From Octopus sinensis (Eukaryota), in the NCBI RefSeq assembly GCF_006345805.1, contig NC_042997.1, positions 50,778,001 through 50,842,000 on the forward strand: 64,000 nt of DNA, in the 5' to 3' direction. Positions within the stretch are counted from its first letter, which is position 1, and the number at the start of each line of letters is the position of its first letter. The translations under genes and the position numbers were made by a program. This document shows positions 51,848 through 64,000 of this stretch, one piece after another. The notes under the pieces are model-generated. The model did no database searches and was not told the origin of the DNA. It worked only from the letters and a program-made list of their open reading frames with translations.

Positions 51848-52177
51848 AAGAAAAGCAGACACAGTACATTTTGTAAGCTATATACTAATGTTCTCTGACG
51901 CAAATTCATGGAATTGAAAGAGGCGTGATCGAAGTTACACAGTATAAACACGGACATGATTCAGAGTATAAACATGGACATGCTTGACTTTTTGCCAGCA
52001 AACACACAAACACACACACACACACACAGACACACACACACTTCATCAAGGGATGCTCCCTAAAATTGAATGTATTGAAGGTAAAGTGGAGAATTTGAAT
52101 TTTTTTATTCCAAATGTGGCTGATCTCTACAAATGTTCAGATTTGTATGTGTAGCATTGGGATGTTCTAGCTTTACG

Positions 52178-52239
<62 letters not shown>

Positions 52240-52339
52240 TGTGTGTGTGTATGTGTGTGTGTGCATGTCTCCATGTGTATATGTATATACATTGTGCATA
52301 TATATGTGTGTATATATATATGTGTGTGAGTGTGTGTGT

Positions 52340-52423
<84 letters not shown>

Positions 52424-53441
52424 TCGTTTTATTTTATTTACTGACTGATTTTTCAAATTGTGAATTTGCAAATATTATACTAATGTATTTTCATGCTGAA
52501 CTGCACTTTATCAAAATATTCCCTCCAAAAATGATGTTTGGAAGGGGTATATTCTAAATATAACTCAAAGAGGAGAAAAAGAAAGAAAGGAGGAAAAGAA
52601 AAGAAGAAGGAAAAAAGAAAAAGGATGAGGAAAAGAGAAAAAAAGGAAGAAAAGAGAAAGGGGGAGAAGGGGAGGGAAAAAAGGGAGAAGGGAGAAAAAA
52701 GCAAAATGATGACCAAAGTGCACTTGTTTTTTTTTTCTTTGAGGAGGTCATCATCCATAAACCCATTCCAGTACAATGTTAAAGGACTAAATAAATAAAT
52801 GAATGGTGAATAGGAAGGTGGATACCCCTTCTCTCTCTCTTTCTCTCTACCCAGCTGTCTATCTGTCTGATTATCTATCTATCTATATATCTATTAGCCT
52901 ATGTTCCTACCTATATTTCTATTTATCCGTCTCCATTGTCATGGAACCTCACGCAAGAAAAAGCAAAAACAATGTTCTCTTCTAAACAACCCCCGCCTCA
53001 CAAAAAAAACATCTGTTTTATGTAAATGAACAAGCTGTTTGTACATTCACAAAATATTATTTGTCAACGAAAGCACTAATAATAATAAAGAAATAAAAGG
53101 GTTTTTTCTAAAATTCTGACTACATTTTTTCTCAATACATATATATATATACTCATATATATGAATACATATTCATATATATAAATGATATATGTATGCA
53201 TATATATACAATATATACATACATACATATATACATACATATATATATATAGAAGACGTCCAGTCCTTAGAACGTGCAAGAAAAGAAAGATGGTCACACG
53301 AGGAAAAGAAAGATGGACGATGGGCACGCGTGAACAACGAGAGAGAAAACGAGAACTAACATACATATATATATATATATATATATACACATATGTACAT
53401 ATATATATATACATACACACACATATATATATATATACATA

Positions 53442-53491
<50 letters not shown>

Positions 53492-53827
53492 CATACGTAC
53501 ATATATATATATACATGGCATGTATGTGTATGTGTATTTGTATATATATGTGTATGTATATATATGTGTGTGCGTATGTATGTGTATGTGTGTGTATGTA
53601 TGTGTATGTATGTGTGTGTATGTATGTGTATAAGCGATAGTCTTCTTATTTACCTAAAACTCTATTCAATTATTCTATTTATTCTTTTAATTACTTTATC
53701 ACTGATTCTTTTGACCACTCCCCTAAGAAAGACAGTTTGCGCCCTGCTTACCCAAAAAATGTCCCCCACCACCACCCCATTAAACCTGCCTAAATGTATA
53801 AATGCCAAAACTTATCTTGACAGCAAA

Positions 53828-53874
53828 CTTCCTGATGATTTCATTTGAATGAAACAGTTCTAGTCCTGTAGAAG
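53828..53874 (+). ncRNA. Type I hammerhead ribozyme motif
   Basis: Stem I cttc/gaag, CTGATGA, short stem II ttc/gaa, GAAA, stem III acag/ctgt, GTA cleavage triplet. Confidence 0.75.
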
Positions 53875-54489
53875 CTGCTTCTATAAAATAAATATATATC
53901 TATTTGCGATGTCTGTTGTTTTATTGCATTGTTTCATTCATAATTTTTAAGTAGTGTTCGTTTTACCAAGTGAATATAATTTTTAATTCCATTTATTCTA
54001 TTTCTCCGTTCATAGTTTTGAGTGATGTCCGTTTTCTAGAGCGTGAATGTGGGTTGTATGTGTGTGTGTGTGGGAGTATGAATAAGTATTATGTTGAAGT
54101 ATTTAGCTATTTTATTTATTTATAGTTGCCTAGACATTTTTATGTGTATGTATAGGGATATATATATAGGTGTGTGATTTAGTGTATGTAGTTAGATATG
54201 GTTATATATAATTAGGTATATGCGTATGGGTGTATATATAGTTTATTATTATATTATTATTATTTTTTTTTGTTTTGTTTTATATTTTATATTTTATATT
54301 TTATATTTTATATTTTATATTTAATTGTTGATAGGTTTTTTTAGTTTATATATTGTTTATATATTGATTATATATGGATTATAGATAGGTTATATATGGA
54401 TTATATACTTATATTTTTTCATTCATACTTTAATTATTTTAAAATTATTATTTTTATATTTTAAAATATTGATTTTTTAGATTGGAAGT

Positions 54490-54532
54490 CCACCTGAAGA
54501 TTGTCGATCAAGATAAGAAACGATTGTAGTGG
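54490..54532 (+). ncRNA. Minimal type I hammerhead ribozyme motif
   Basis: Stem I ccac/gtgg, CTGAAGA, stem II ttgtc/gataa, GAAAC-gatt-GTA. Confidence 0.82.
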
Positions 54533-54618
54533 CGGTTTTTTTTGACTATTATTAAAATTTTATGTATTGATTAAGTCTTTCCTTGTTTGTTTTGCAAAAT
54601 AGTGTTTTGTCTCGAATA

Positions 54619-54688
<70 letters not shown>

Positions 54689-54699
54689 CTGTTTACTGT

Positions 54700-55105
54700 T
54701 CTACTGTTTTACTTGTTTCAGTCATTTGAATGCGGCCATGCTGGAGCACCGCCTTTAGTCGAGCAAATCGACCCCGGGACTTATTCTTTGTAAGCCCAGT
54801 ACTTATTCTATCGGTCTCTTTTGCCGAACCGCTAAGTGACGGGGACGTAAACACACCAGCATCGGTTGTCAAGCAATGCTAGGGGGACAAACACAGACAC
54901 ACAAACATATACACACACACTTATATATATATACATATATACGACAGGCTTCTTTCAGTTTCCGTCTACCAAATCCACTTACAAGGCATTGGTCGGCCCG
55001 GGGCTATAGCAGAAGACACTTGCTCAAGATGCCACGCAGTGGGACTGAACCCGGAACCATGTGGTTGGTTAGCAAGCTACTTACTACACAGCCACTCCTG
55101 CGCCT
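54700..55105 (-). mobile_element. SINE family S1, full length
   Basis: Near-consensus copy flanked by (TA)n. Confidence 0.95.
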
Positions 55106-55106
55106 A

Positions 55107-55138
<32 letters not shown>

Positions 55139-55349
55139 AAATTTCGAAATGTACGTCCGTAGGTGACTTAATATAGAATGATTGTCGTCATTTCTTTCTC
55201 TTTTGCCTGCGTTGTTTGCCTTTTAAGTGCTGGGTTTTTACTGGGATCTCCCTTTTAAGTAGAAAGAATAGCCATAACTCTTTGGCTGCTATTTCTAAAT
55301 TCGGTGTGTGGTGAGGCAAATCGTTGCTAAACCCTTAATTACTTAGTAT

Positions 55350-55423
<74 letters not shown>

Positions 55424-55442
55424 CATACATATATATATACAT

Positions 55443-55475
<33 letters not shown>

Positions 55476-55493
55476 ATATATATATATATATAT

Positions 55494-55860
55494 GATGGCC
55501 GTCCATTCGTGACCGAGAGTGACCATTGCTGACCTTTAGGAATATTGTGCACTCTAGGACTAACTTATATTTTGCATTTGCAGCTCCGTTGGGGGCTAAT
55601 GAGCCCTGCTCTTCTCTAGCATACACGACTACAAACATTGCAAACCAAGCAGTCCCCATTCACTACACCAGCAGTGCGCTTTCAAGCAGCACCATTAAGT
55701 TCTTCATCCAAAGCACGTTCTCTCTGAAAAATGTCGACCTCTTCCTTAACCTGATTCTTCCACTGTGACGATGACAAGCATTGCTCTCCCAATCAGTCTC
55801 CTGCATTTCACAGGCCTTTAATGAGGACTTGACACAGTCCTTAAATCGCAGTCTTTCAAT
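55494..55860 (-). pseudogene. RTE-clade LINE 3' fragment
   Basis: KRLRFKDCVKSSLKACEMQETDWESNA resembles an RTE/BovB C-terminus. Confidence 0.65.
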
Positions 55861-56381
55861 TCACATGTTTAATCATGGAGCAGTTACATGTTTAGTCATG
55901 GAGCCATGCAATCAATGTTGCTCGTTCGAAAGGATTTTGTGGTGTGAATGAAAATTTGAGAATCTATTGGTAGTATTTGTGGATAGATAGGGTGGGGGGA
56001 AAGATGGGTATGATTAGAATGGGGAGACAGGTCAAAATGAAAACAGGAAGAGAAAATGAGAAGAAGAAATAAAAAAGAAAAAAGAAAAAAGAGAGAGAGA
56101 AAAAACAAAGAGTGAAAAAGTAAAGAAAGAGTGAAAGAAGTGAGGGAGTGAGTGTTAATTGGTGGTCAAGATAATGTGGTGGGAGGATGGGATAGGTGCA
56201 GGGGAGGGGTAGGAAGAGATGAGAAGGTAAGGAGTAAAAGAATGTGAGATATGTGAGTAGGGGTGATATGACAGAGCTGCATTAAGGGGTGGGTAGAGAA
56301 AAGATATGGGTGGGGTAAAAGTAGAGGAAACGTGTAGAAAAGGTAGAGAAAATAATTCGAACTTAGATATTTTCTCAAACC

Positions 56382-56429
56382 GTCTCTGATGAAGGGATAT
56401 CCATAATATCCCAGAAACAGCTGTAAGGC
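56382..56429 (+). ncRNA. Minimal type I hammerhead ribozyme motif
   Basis: Stem I gtct/aggc, CTGATGA, 7-bp stem II gggatat/atatccc, GAAAC-AGCT-GTA with palindromic loop III. Confidence 0.85.
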
Positions 56430-56512
56430 TATTTCATTATAAATGTCCTGAAAAGTCCTCACAGCCTTGGATTTGTTATCTCATTCTGTCTGTCTGTCTC
56501 TCTCTCTCCCCC

Positions 56513-56543
<31 letters not shown>

Positions 56544-56975
56544 ACTATATATATATATATATATACGCACACACATATATACGTGTGTGTGTGTACACGC
56601 GCATGCACACACATACACACGCACGTTGATTTAAAATTCATTTCCTGCTGAGTTGAACACCCTAGAGGTTTTACACACAACCAACAACAAAACAGAATAT
56701 TAGGTCAACATTTATTGCATTTGCTCTGTTCCATGGTGACATACTTCCTATATAATTAATTGATTGATTCTTGTTCTATTCTTCTAAACAACATACAAAA
56801 ACAAGCTGTCTGCAAATATAGAACAAATATGAAATATTAAATGTACAAACAATATATTGTTTGTTTCGAGTTACTTGCTGTTGATGTTGCGATTTTTGGA
56901 AACAATGATTTTTTCATGCTTTCCGCTTTTAAACGATAAATGGATGAACTAATAATTAAACGGTGTGTGTGCGTG

Positions 56976-57064
<89 letters not shown>

Positions 57065-57394
57065 GTGTATTCCTCAGAGAAAATTGCTACATTTTGGAAT
57101 AATTTTCCTCGAATTAGTTTTTTTGACTACTTTATGTTGTTTTTTTTTCATTCTTGCTCTCTGAGTGAATCAAGTGTTTATCAGAAATGCATAGGTCACC
57201 TAAAAGACAAATTATAGGTTCGGAACTTGCATGTCTTCACAGACTCCAGCCCACCACGTTACCGAACGCTTTACGCTCATGACCAGCACATCACCATATT
57301 GTAAACTAGCGAAGGGTGAACGTAACAACCCAACGTCTTTGACTGTGTATTTCCTCCCGTGCCATATACGTAAACTGTTATCTCACAACCATAA

Positions 57395-58157
<763 letters not shown>

Positions 58158-58198
58158 CATATATATATACATATATATATACATATATATATATATAT

Positions 58199-58311
58199 AA
58201 CGGGAAGCTTTATGAAAATAAACAAAAGACGAAGGCAGGTGGAAGACAAACGAACAATTGTATTAGTATGGCGCTCAGGAAATATAAATAAAACAAGTCT
58301 TTAACGTTTCG
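58199..58311 (-). mobile_element. pLTR-like module with hammerhead 3' half inside (TA)n
   Basis: Minus strand cGAAACGTTA followed by ~100 nt T-rich tail into (TA)n. Confidence 0.5.
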
Positions 58312-58353
58312 ATATATATATATATATATAGTATATATATATATTATATAATA

Positions 58354-58411
<58 letters not shown>

Positions 58412-58451
58412 ATATATATATAATATATATACATATATATATACATATATA

Positions 58452-58543
58452 TGACGGGCTTCTTTTCAGTTTCCGTCTACCAAATCCACTCACAAGGCTT
58501 GTGGCTGGTAAGCAAGCTACTTACCACACCCACTCCTACGCCT
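58452..58543 (-). mobile_element. Internally deleted S1 SINE head
   Basis: acaaggctt joined directly to gtggctggtaagcaagc. Confidence 0.85.
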
Positions 58544-59328
58544 ATGAACTGGTAAATATTCTTTTCCTTTTATACAAACTGTCAAACTGAACACCTCGTA
58601 TTATACAAACTGAACACCTTGTATTATGGAGCCCAGACCGCCCCCCCCCCATTAAGTCCCGCTGTCATCTCAGCTTGTCACACCATGTCATCCTTCTTAA
58701 AGACCAGAGCATACGCTCCAATATTCTCTTCTCCGGTTAGTGGAGCGCATCTCGGTCAGGGTTTCCGATGTGTATCAGTGTCTTCTCCATTTTGAATATC
58801 AATTACATGTTACTCTCTTTTTGCCTGTTTCCCAATGATTTTCTCGGGCATAGAAGACAAGTGTCTTTCGTAATATGCATCACGCTAGTTTTTTTTTTTT
58901 TTTTTTTATGAGAGCCTCTGTATATAGAAAGTTTTCCTCTGATTAGCTACGGTGTCAAAATTGCTACATATTTTGCTGTTACTCTTAACTTAACGGTATT
59001 AGAAATATCATTATTTTATTTATTTCATTAAGTTTAAATGTCTTCCGTTCTACTTGTTCCGTTACATTGATTTTCTCCTTTTCATTTATTAAACGTTATG
59101 TTGCTGTTTTCAAATTATTTCTTTGTTTATTGCTACAACTATCTGTGATGAAAAAACATCAATGAAAACATGTGAGCCATAACAGGGCTCTTAACGATGT
59201 TCACAGTCCAAATGAAGGCTCTTTTAAACATTGCCACATCACATGCAAGATACTTTTACTGATGAGCACACAACATATATGTATACCCGATACAATAACC
59301 ATCAAATCTAATGACACATACTCTATAG

Positions 59329-59704
59329 TAGGGGTTCTCAACCATTGTTTACCTAAGGACCCCTTTGATTCCTATTTTATTCTGGTGGATCCCATCGCAA
59401 AGGCATTCGATGTCTAAAACTTAGCTTTATAGAAACTACTTACAAAATTTTCATTTTGTTTTTCACACATTCTCTTGTGTATGTTGAACTATGTAAAATG
59501 TTAGAGAAAGAAACCGAGCTATTTCTTGCAATACATACCAATACATGCATCAAAAGCAAAGTTTTTTCAGGGGCCCTTAAAGTACTATTGTGGATCCCCA
59601 ATTTACTATTTTGTTGCGTAGACCCCCCCAGCCCCCCAGCCCCCCAGCCCCCCAATCTTACATATGCCCTCAAGGGCCATTTGGTATACGGTTGAGAACC
59701 AGTG
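59329..59704. mobile_element. hAT (Charlie-like) MITE
   Basis: TIRs taggggttctcaacc / ggttgagaaccagtg; perfect 8-bp TSD ctctatag. Confidence 0.92.
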
Positions 59705-59727
59705 CTCTATAGAGTCACTACAAAATA

Positions 59728-59932
59728 AACCTTTCTATTATAGGTCCAAGTCCCGAAATTTGTGGGAAGGAATAATTCGATCACACCAACCCCAAGGTTT
59801 GACTGGTACTTACTTTATGGAACTCAAAAGGATGAAAGGCTAAGTCGACATCGGTGGCATTTGAACTCAGAACGTAAAGATGGACGAAATGCCACTAAGC
59901 ATTTTGTCCGGTGTGCTAACAATTCCGCCAGG
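59728..59932 (-). mobile_element. Diverged S2 SINE (tail type a)
   Basis: atttgaactcagaacgtaaag, gtgctaacaattccgccag. Confidence 0.8.
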
Positions 59933-60003
59933 TTACAAAATAATATAACATCACACATACACTTCCCAATCACCGCCTAACACTTATCTCTACATAATCT
60001 CAA

Positions 60004-60410
60004 AAGTGGCTGTGTGGTAAGTAGCTTGCTTACCAACCACATGGTCATGGGTTCAGTCCCACTGCGTGGTACCTTGGGCAAGTGTCTTCTACTATAGCAT
60101 CGGCCAACCAAAGCCTTGTGAGTGGATTTGGTAGACGGAAACTGGAAGAAGCCTGTCGTATATGTATGTGTATGTGTGTGTGTATGTGTGTATGTGTGTA
60201 TGTTTGTGTACGTGTGTTTGACCCCCCAACATCGCTTGACAACCGATGCTGGTGTGTTTATGTCCCCGTAACCTAGCGGTTCGGCAAAGAGACCGATAGA
60301 ATAAGTACTAGGCTTACAAAGAATAAGCTCTGGGTTCGATTTGCTCGACTAAAGGCGGTGCTCCAGCATGGCTGCAGTCAAATGACTGAAACAAGTAAAG
60401 AATAAAAAGA
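60004..60410 (+). mobile_element. SINE family S1
   Basis: Near-consensus copy. Confidence 0.94.
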
Positions 60411-60468
60411 ATATATAGCGCCAACACCTCATGCAAACTCACTTCCTTTTTAATTGCCTCCCACAAAT

Positions 60469-60528
60469 ATACCACACAGCTCATACCACACAGCTCATAC
60501 CACACAGCTCATACCACACAGCTCATAC
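60469..60528. repeat. 14-bp tandem repeat (ataccacacagctc) x4
   Basis: Direct reading. Confidence 0.95.
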
Positions 60529-60762
60529 GCCATCATTGTCCAACACTAAAACAGCTAAAACCAACAAACAGAGAATACCAAGTTACAAACACCAAGCAAC
60601 AAAATAATAAAAAATCATTCATATCCTATACAACAGTCAAAACGCTAAAATAATACCAGAAACAACAAACCTGCTCCCACAACAAAGTAAAACAGATGTT
60701 CTGTACAAATACAATCCTACATTCCTAAAAGTCAGTACTGAACGCACCTTTGGAGGACGGAG

Positions 60763-60822
<60 letters not shown>

Positions 60823-61513
60823 GTTAGTGAAACAGATACGGATATAAAACTGTTGTAACATCATTATGGGAACAAGAATCAAACGCGCTCATGCTCACCT
60901 TAAGTGCATGACATGTACTAATTATTTTCCGATTATCATAAACTGCAAAGCACGATTTTAATTTAGATCATCAGATTCAGAATTTAATAGTATTATGTAC
61001 CAACGGCGCTGGAATTGCATCATGATCATCATCATCATCTTCATCATCATCATCAGCAGCAGCAGCAGCATCACCACCACATCATCATCATTTTCACCAC
61101 CATCACTACCACCACCACCACCATCCTCATCACCATCATCAACATCACTATCGCAACAACAGCATCAATTAGTACTGTATTAAGGAAAGCTTTAAAAGTC
61201 TAAAGGAAACAGCAGAGCTGTATTTAATCCGATATAAAAGTAAAGAAATGCAGTGGTATTAATCAGAAACTTTACCAATATCTTGGAGCTTACTGTGAGT
61301 TATATAGTCTCTGTTACTGGCTTCGGTCATTGGACTGCAGCCATTCGGAATCGCCGCTTTCCAACGTGAATTTATAATATCGGCCTCAGTAATAAATTCA
61401 TTACCCGGAATTTGTCGAACTATTAAGCTATGAGACAGAGATAACAACACTGGTTTTAAAATTATATAAACGTAAACACAGAGACAGACAGGCACACAGA
61501 AACACACGCTCAC

Positions 61514-61577
<64 letters not shown>

Positions 61578-61686
61578 ACATATATATATATATATGTATA
61601 AGGGTGGAAAGGAACACACGAGTTGATATATATGAAAAAACAAGTCAAAAATAGAAAATGCTAAGATAATTTTATAGTGAATCTTT

Positions 61687-61724
61687 CAGTACCGGTTTCG
61701 GTCATTTTGAGACCTTTTCAACTG
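61687..61724 (-). ncRNA. Minimal hammerhead ribozyme, U3-A8 variant
   Basis: cag TTGAAAA ggtc-tcaaaat-gacc GAAAC cg GTA ctg; lies 3' of the Penelope ORF on the same strand. Confidence 0.8.
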
Positions 61725-62172
61725 TAACGATTAAATAATTAAATTTAGAAAAATTAGAAGAAAAGTTTTTTTAAAAGAATATTTCTGTAGTAGTGTTCAG
61801 ATATAAGTAGCATTCTGCCTTTCTCTGACTCCCTTGTTTGCACTTGTGTGTTCGAGGTCGTTTTGAGTTCTTGGTAGGATAGGTGAAGAATAAGGAGGCT
61901 GATGTGGAGAGGGGGTGGGGAAATCGGGAATGCCTTAATGGTCGTATTTTGAATGGTCAGTGGCTGACAGTAGTCGCAGTTCAATTCAGGAATTGTTTAT
62001 GAAATTTGCGTAGGCGTTATACTGAAAGACATTAGTGACAAGGTTAAGGGGTGGAAGGTGGAGAAGTAGAAGAAGAAGAAGATGACGATGTTGATGATGA
62101 TGATGATGAAGAAGAAGAAGAAGAAGGAGAAGAAGAAGAAGGAGAAGGAGAAGATGGTGGTGATGATGGTGG

Positions 62173-62207
<35 letters not shown>

Positions 62208-62367
62208 ATGATGATGAAGAAGAAGAGGAGAAGAAGAAGAAAAAAACAGAGAAGGGAGAATATGAATGGGTGAAAGTATAGCTGTGATGGGGCTGATTAG
62301 TAATGGATTCTATGGAGTGTAATATTTGTGTGTGTATATATTTCTTTTATTCTAAAGTTGAGGTATA

Positions 62368-64000
62368 TTAATTGTTTGTCGTAGACCCGTTAAGAAGTGG
62401 CTTGTATTTTGTAATAAAGAGATTTTCTTTACTTATTCGTTGTCTCGAGGTTGTATCGTCCCTAAATTGGTAGAGGGGGAAAATCCTGAAGTTTGGTGTT
62501 TTTTTGTTGGCGCAAGTATCTATGTGTTGGCTAAAAGCTATTTTTCTGTTTTGGGGAATTTTTATCTGGGATCTGTGCAGGGCCATTCGTTTACGCAAAC
62601 CATTTTTTGTTTGGCCTATGTACTGCTCTTGACACCCGGAGCAGGTTAGTGAGTATATTAGGTTCTCCGAAGCACATGTGAAGTTGCTTTTCACTGTAAA
62701 CCGTTGTCCCTGTTTGAAGGAGAACTCTGATCCCTCAATTAGATAGTCGCATATCCCGCAATTGGGTCTTCCACATTTTTTTACTGTCGGCTTCTGTGTT
62801 GAAGAGTGAATTCGGGCTTGTGTTAGGAGACTTTTCATGGATCTAGGCTGTCTTTTGCTTTTTATGATCGTGTGTGTTTGGAGGATTGTGTTCATTCTGT
62901 GGTCTTTTTTTAGGAGGGGTATGTTGTGAGGATGGTGTCGAAGGCTTCGTTATTGAGAGGGTTGTGTGTGGAGATGTATGGTAAGGCTTTTGGTTGTAAG
63001 TTTTTCTTTGATTTGGGATGTCTCAGTTCCTTGATGTTAAGTTGAAGGGCACGTTGAATGCACTTGTCAATAAGTGAAGGTGGATAGTTCCTGGTGATAA
63101 GGGTATCTTTTAGTTCTTGTAGTCGTGTGTCTCTGGTGTTTGCGTTAGAGACTATAGTGCATATCCTTTTTGCTAGATTGAAGGGGATATTCATCCTGGT
63201 GTGTCTGGGGTGGCATGAATTGAATGGAAGATATTGCTTAGAGTCTGTAGGCTTATAGTATATGTCTGTTTCTATTATATTATTAGCTTTCTTAATGAGG
63301 ATATCGAGGAAGGGGAGTTGTTGCTGGCTATATTCCATCGTGAATTGGATGTTTACGTCCAGTCCGTTTAAAATTTCCTGGAATTCTATGAGTTTTTCTA
63401 TATTTTTATGCCAAAGGATGAAACAGTCATCTAGATATCTCTTCCAGTTGTTTTCTATGTAGATGGAGAAAGGGCTGCCATATCTTTCTAGAACCTTACG
63501 ATACAGACTGATCTCTAGGTATCCTATGACTAGGTTGGCAAAGGAGGGGGCCATTCGTGTACCCATCGCAGTCCCCGATTTTTGTCGGTAGAAGTTGTCA
63601 TTGAAGGCGAAGAAGTTATTTTCCAGGATGAATTTAACCCCTTCTATCACAAATTCTTTTTTGATGCGGTGTGGTAGTTCGTTGGCGTGATTCTCTAGCC
63701 AGAATTGGATTGCCTCTAGTCCTAGGTTGTGGGGGATATTGGAGTAGAGGTTGACTACATCGAAGGATACCAGTATGGTGTTTTTGTTTATAGTATTCGG
63801 TAGGTGATTGAGCATATCTAAGTCGTCCCTTATATAGCTTTTGACATGTTTGAGGAGTGGTTTTAACAGGGTGTCTAAAAAGTTACTGAGGCGGTGGGTT
63901 TCGCATGCGGGACCTGCTATTATGGGTCTCAATTTGAGGTCATTAGGATTAGGGACTTTAATTATTTGTCTGTAGCTATCTTGCATGCGTTGCTTATTTT
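62368..64000 (-). pseudogene. Penelope-like RT and GIY-YIG endonuclease ORF, frameshifted near 62905
   Basis: LRPIIAGP, SFDVVNLY, GTAMGT, RYLDD, LPFLD, SCHP; CGRPNCGIC linker; IYSLTCSGCQEQYIG. Confidence 0.95.

Larger units (their letters stand above)
61596..64000 (-). mobile_element. Penelope-like retroelement (Neptune/Naiad type), runs off the window edge
   Basis: RT + GIY-YIG ORFs, 3' region with hammerhead motif, terminates at (TA)n/(CA)n. Confidence 0.92.

Noticed and set aside
51890-51940. SECIS or hammerhead downstream of the plus-strand Penelope ORF (ctgacgc...gaaa...gcgtga)
   Set aside because: Helix too short for SECIS; core CTGACGC and stems I/III do not fit a hammerhead.
60469-60528. 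Short tandem repeats as CRISPR-like arrays (also the 15-bp x3 repeat at 22848-22893)
   Set aside because: No spacers, eukaryotic context; simple minisatellites.
62051-62281. Acidic D/E-rich ORF
   Set aside because: (GAA)/(GAT) microsatellite within the Penelope 3' region.

Overview
Eukaryotic, AT-rich, microsatellite-dense DNA made almost entirely of mobile elements and their remnants. The tRNA-derived SINE families look like those I recall from octopus, so a cephalopod origin is likely (inference, not a database result). No host protein-coding gene can be supported; nearly all short ORFs in the track are microsatellite or antisense artefacts. Main content: (1) two Tx1/L1-type LINEs fused head-to-tail inside a (GATA)n array (38.6-49.7 kb, minus strand); (2) two Penelope-like (RT + GIY-YIG) remnants and a dispersed set of minimal hammerhead-ribozyme motifs in short modules ending at (TA)n repeats; (3) three SINE families, two with 3' tails matching LINE 3' ends in the same window; (4) CR1/L2-group, RTE and RLE-type LINE fragments, a non-autonomous Helitron, mariner and maT remnants and hAT MITEs, often nested. 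Most interesting: the hammerhead motifs (including a U3-A8 compensatory variant), a multi-hairpin RNA leader with compensatory changes at the Tx1 5' end, the in-frame ORF2-ORF1 fusion junction, SINE tail sharing with Tx1 and CR1 LINEs, and a 107-bp-arm palindrome flanked by a direct repeat. All coordinates were read by eye and may be off by a few bases.
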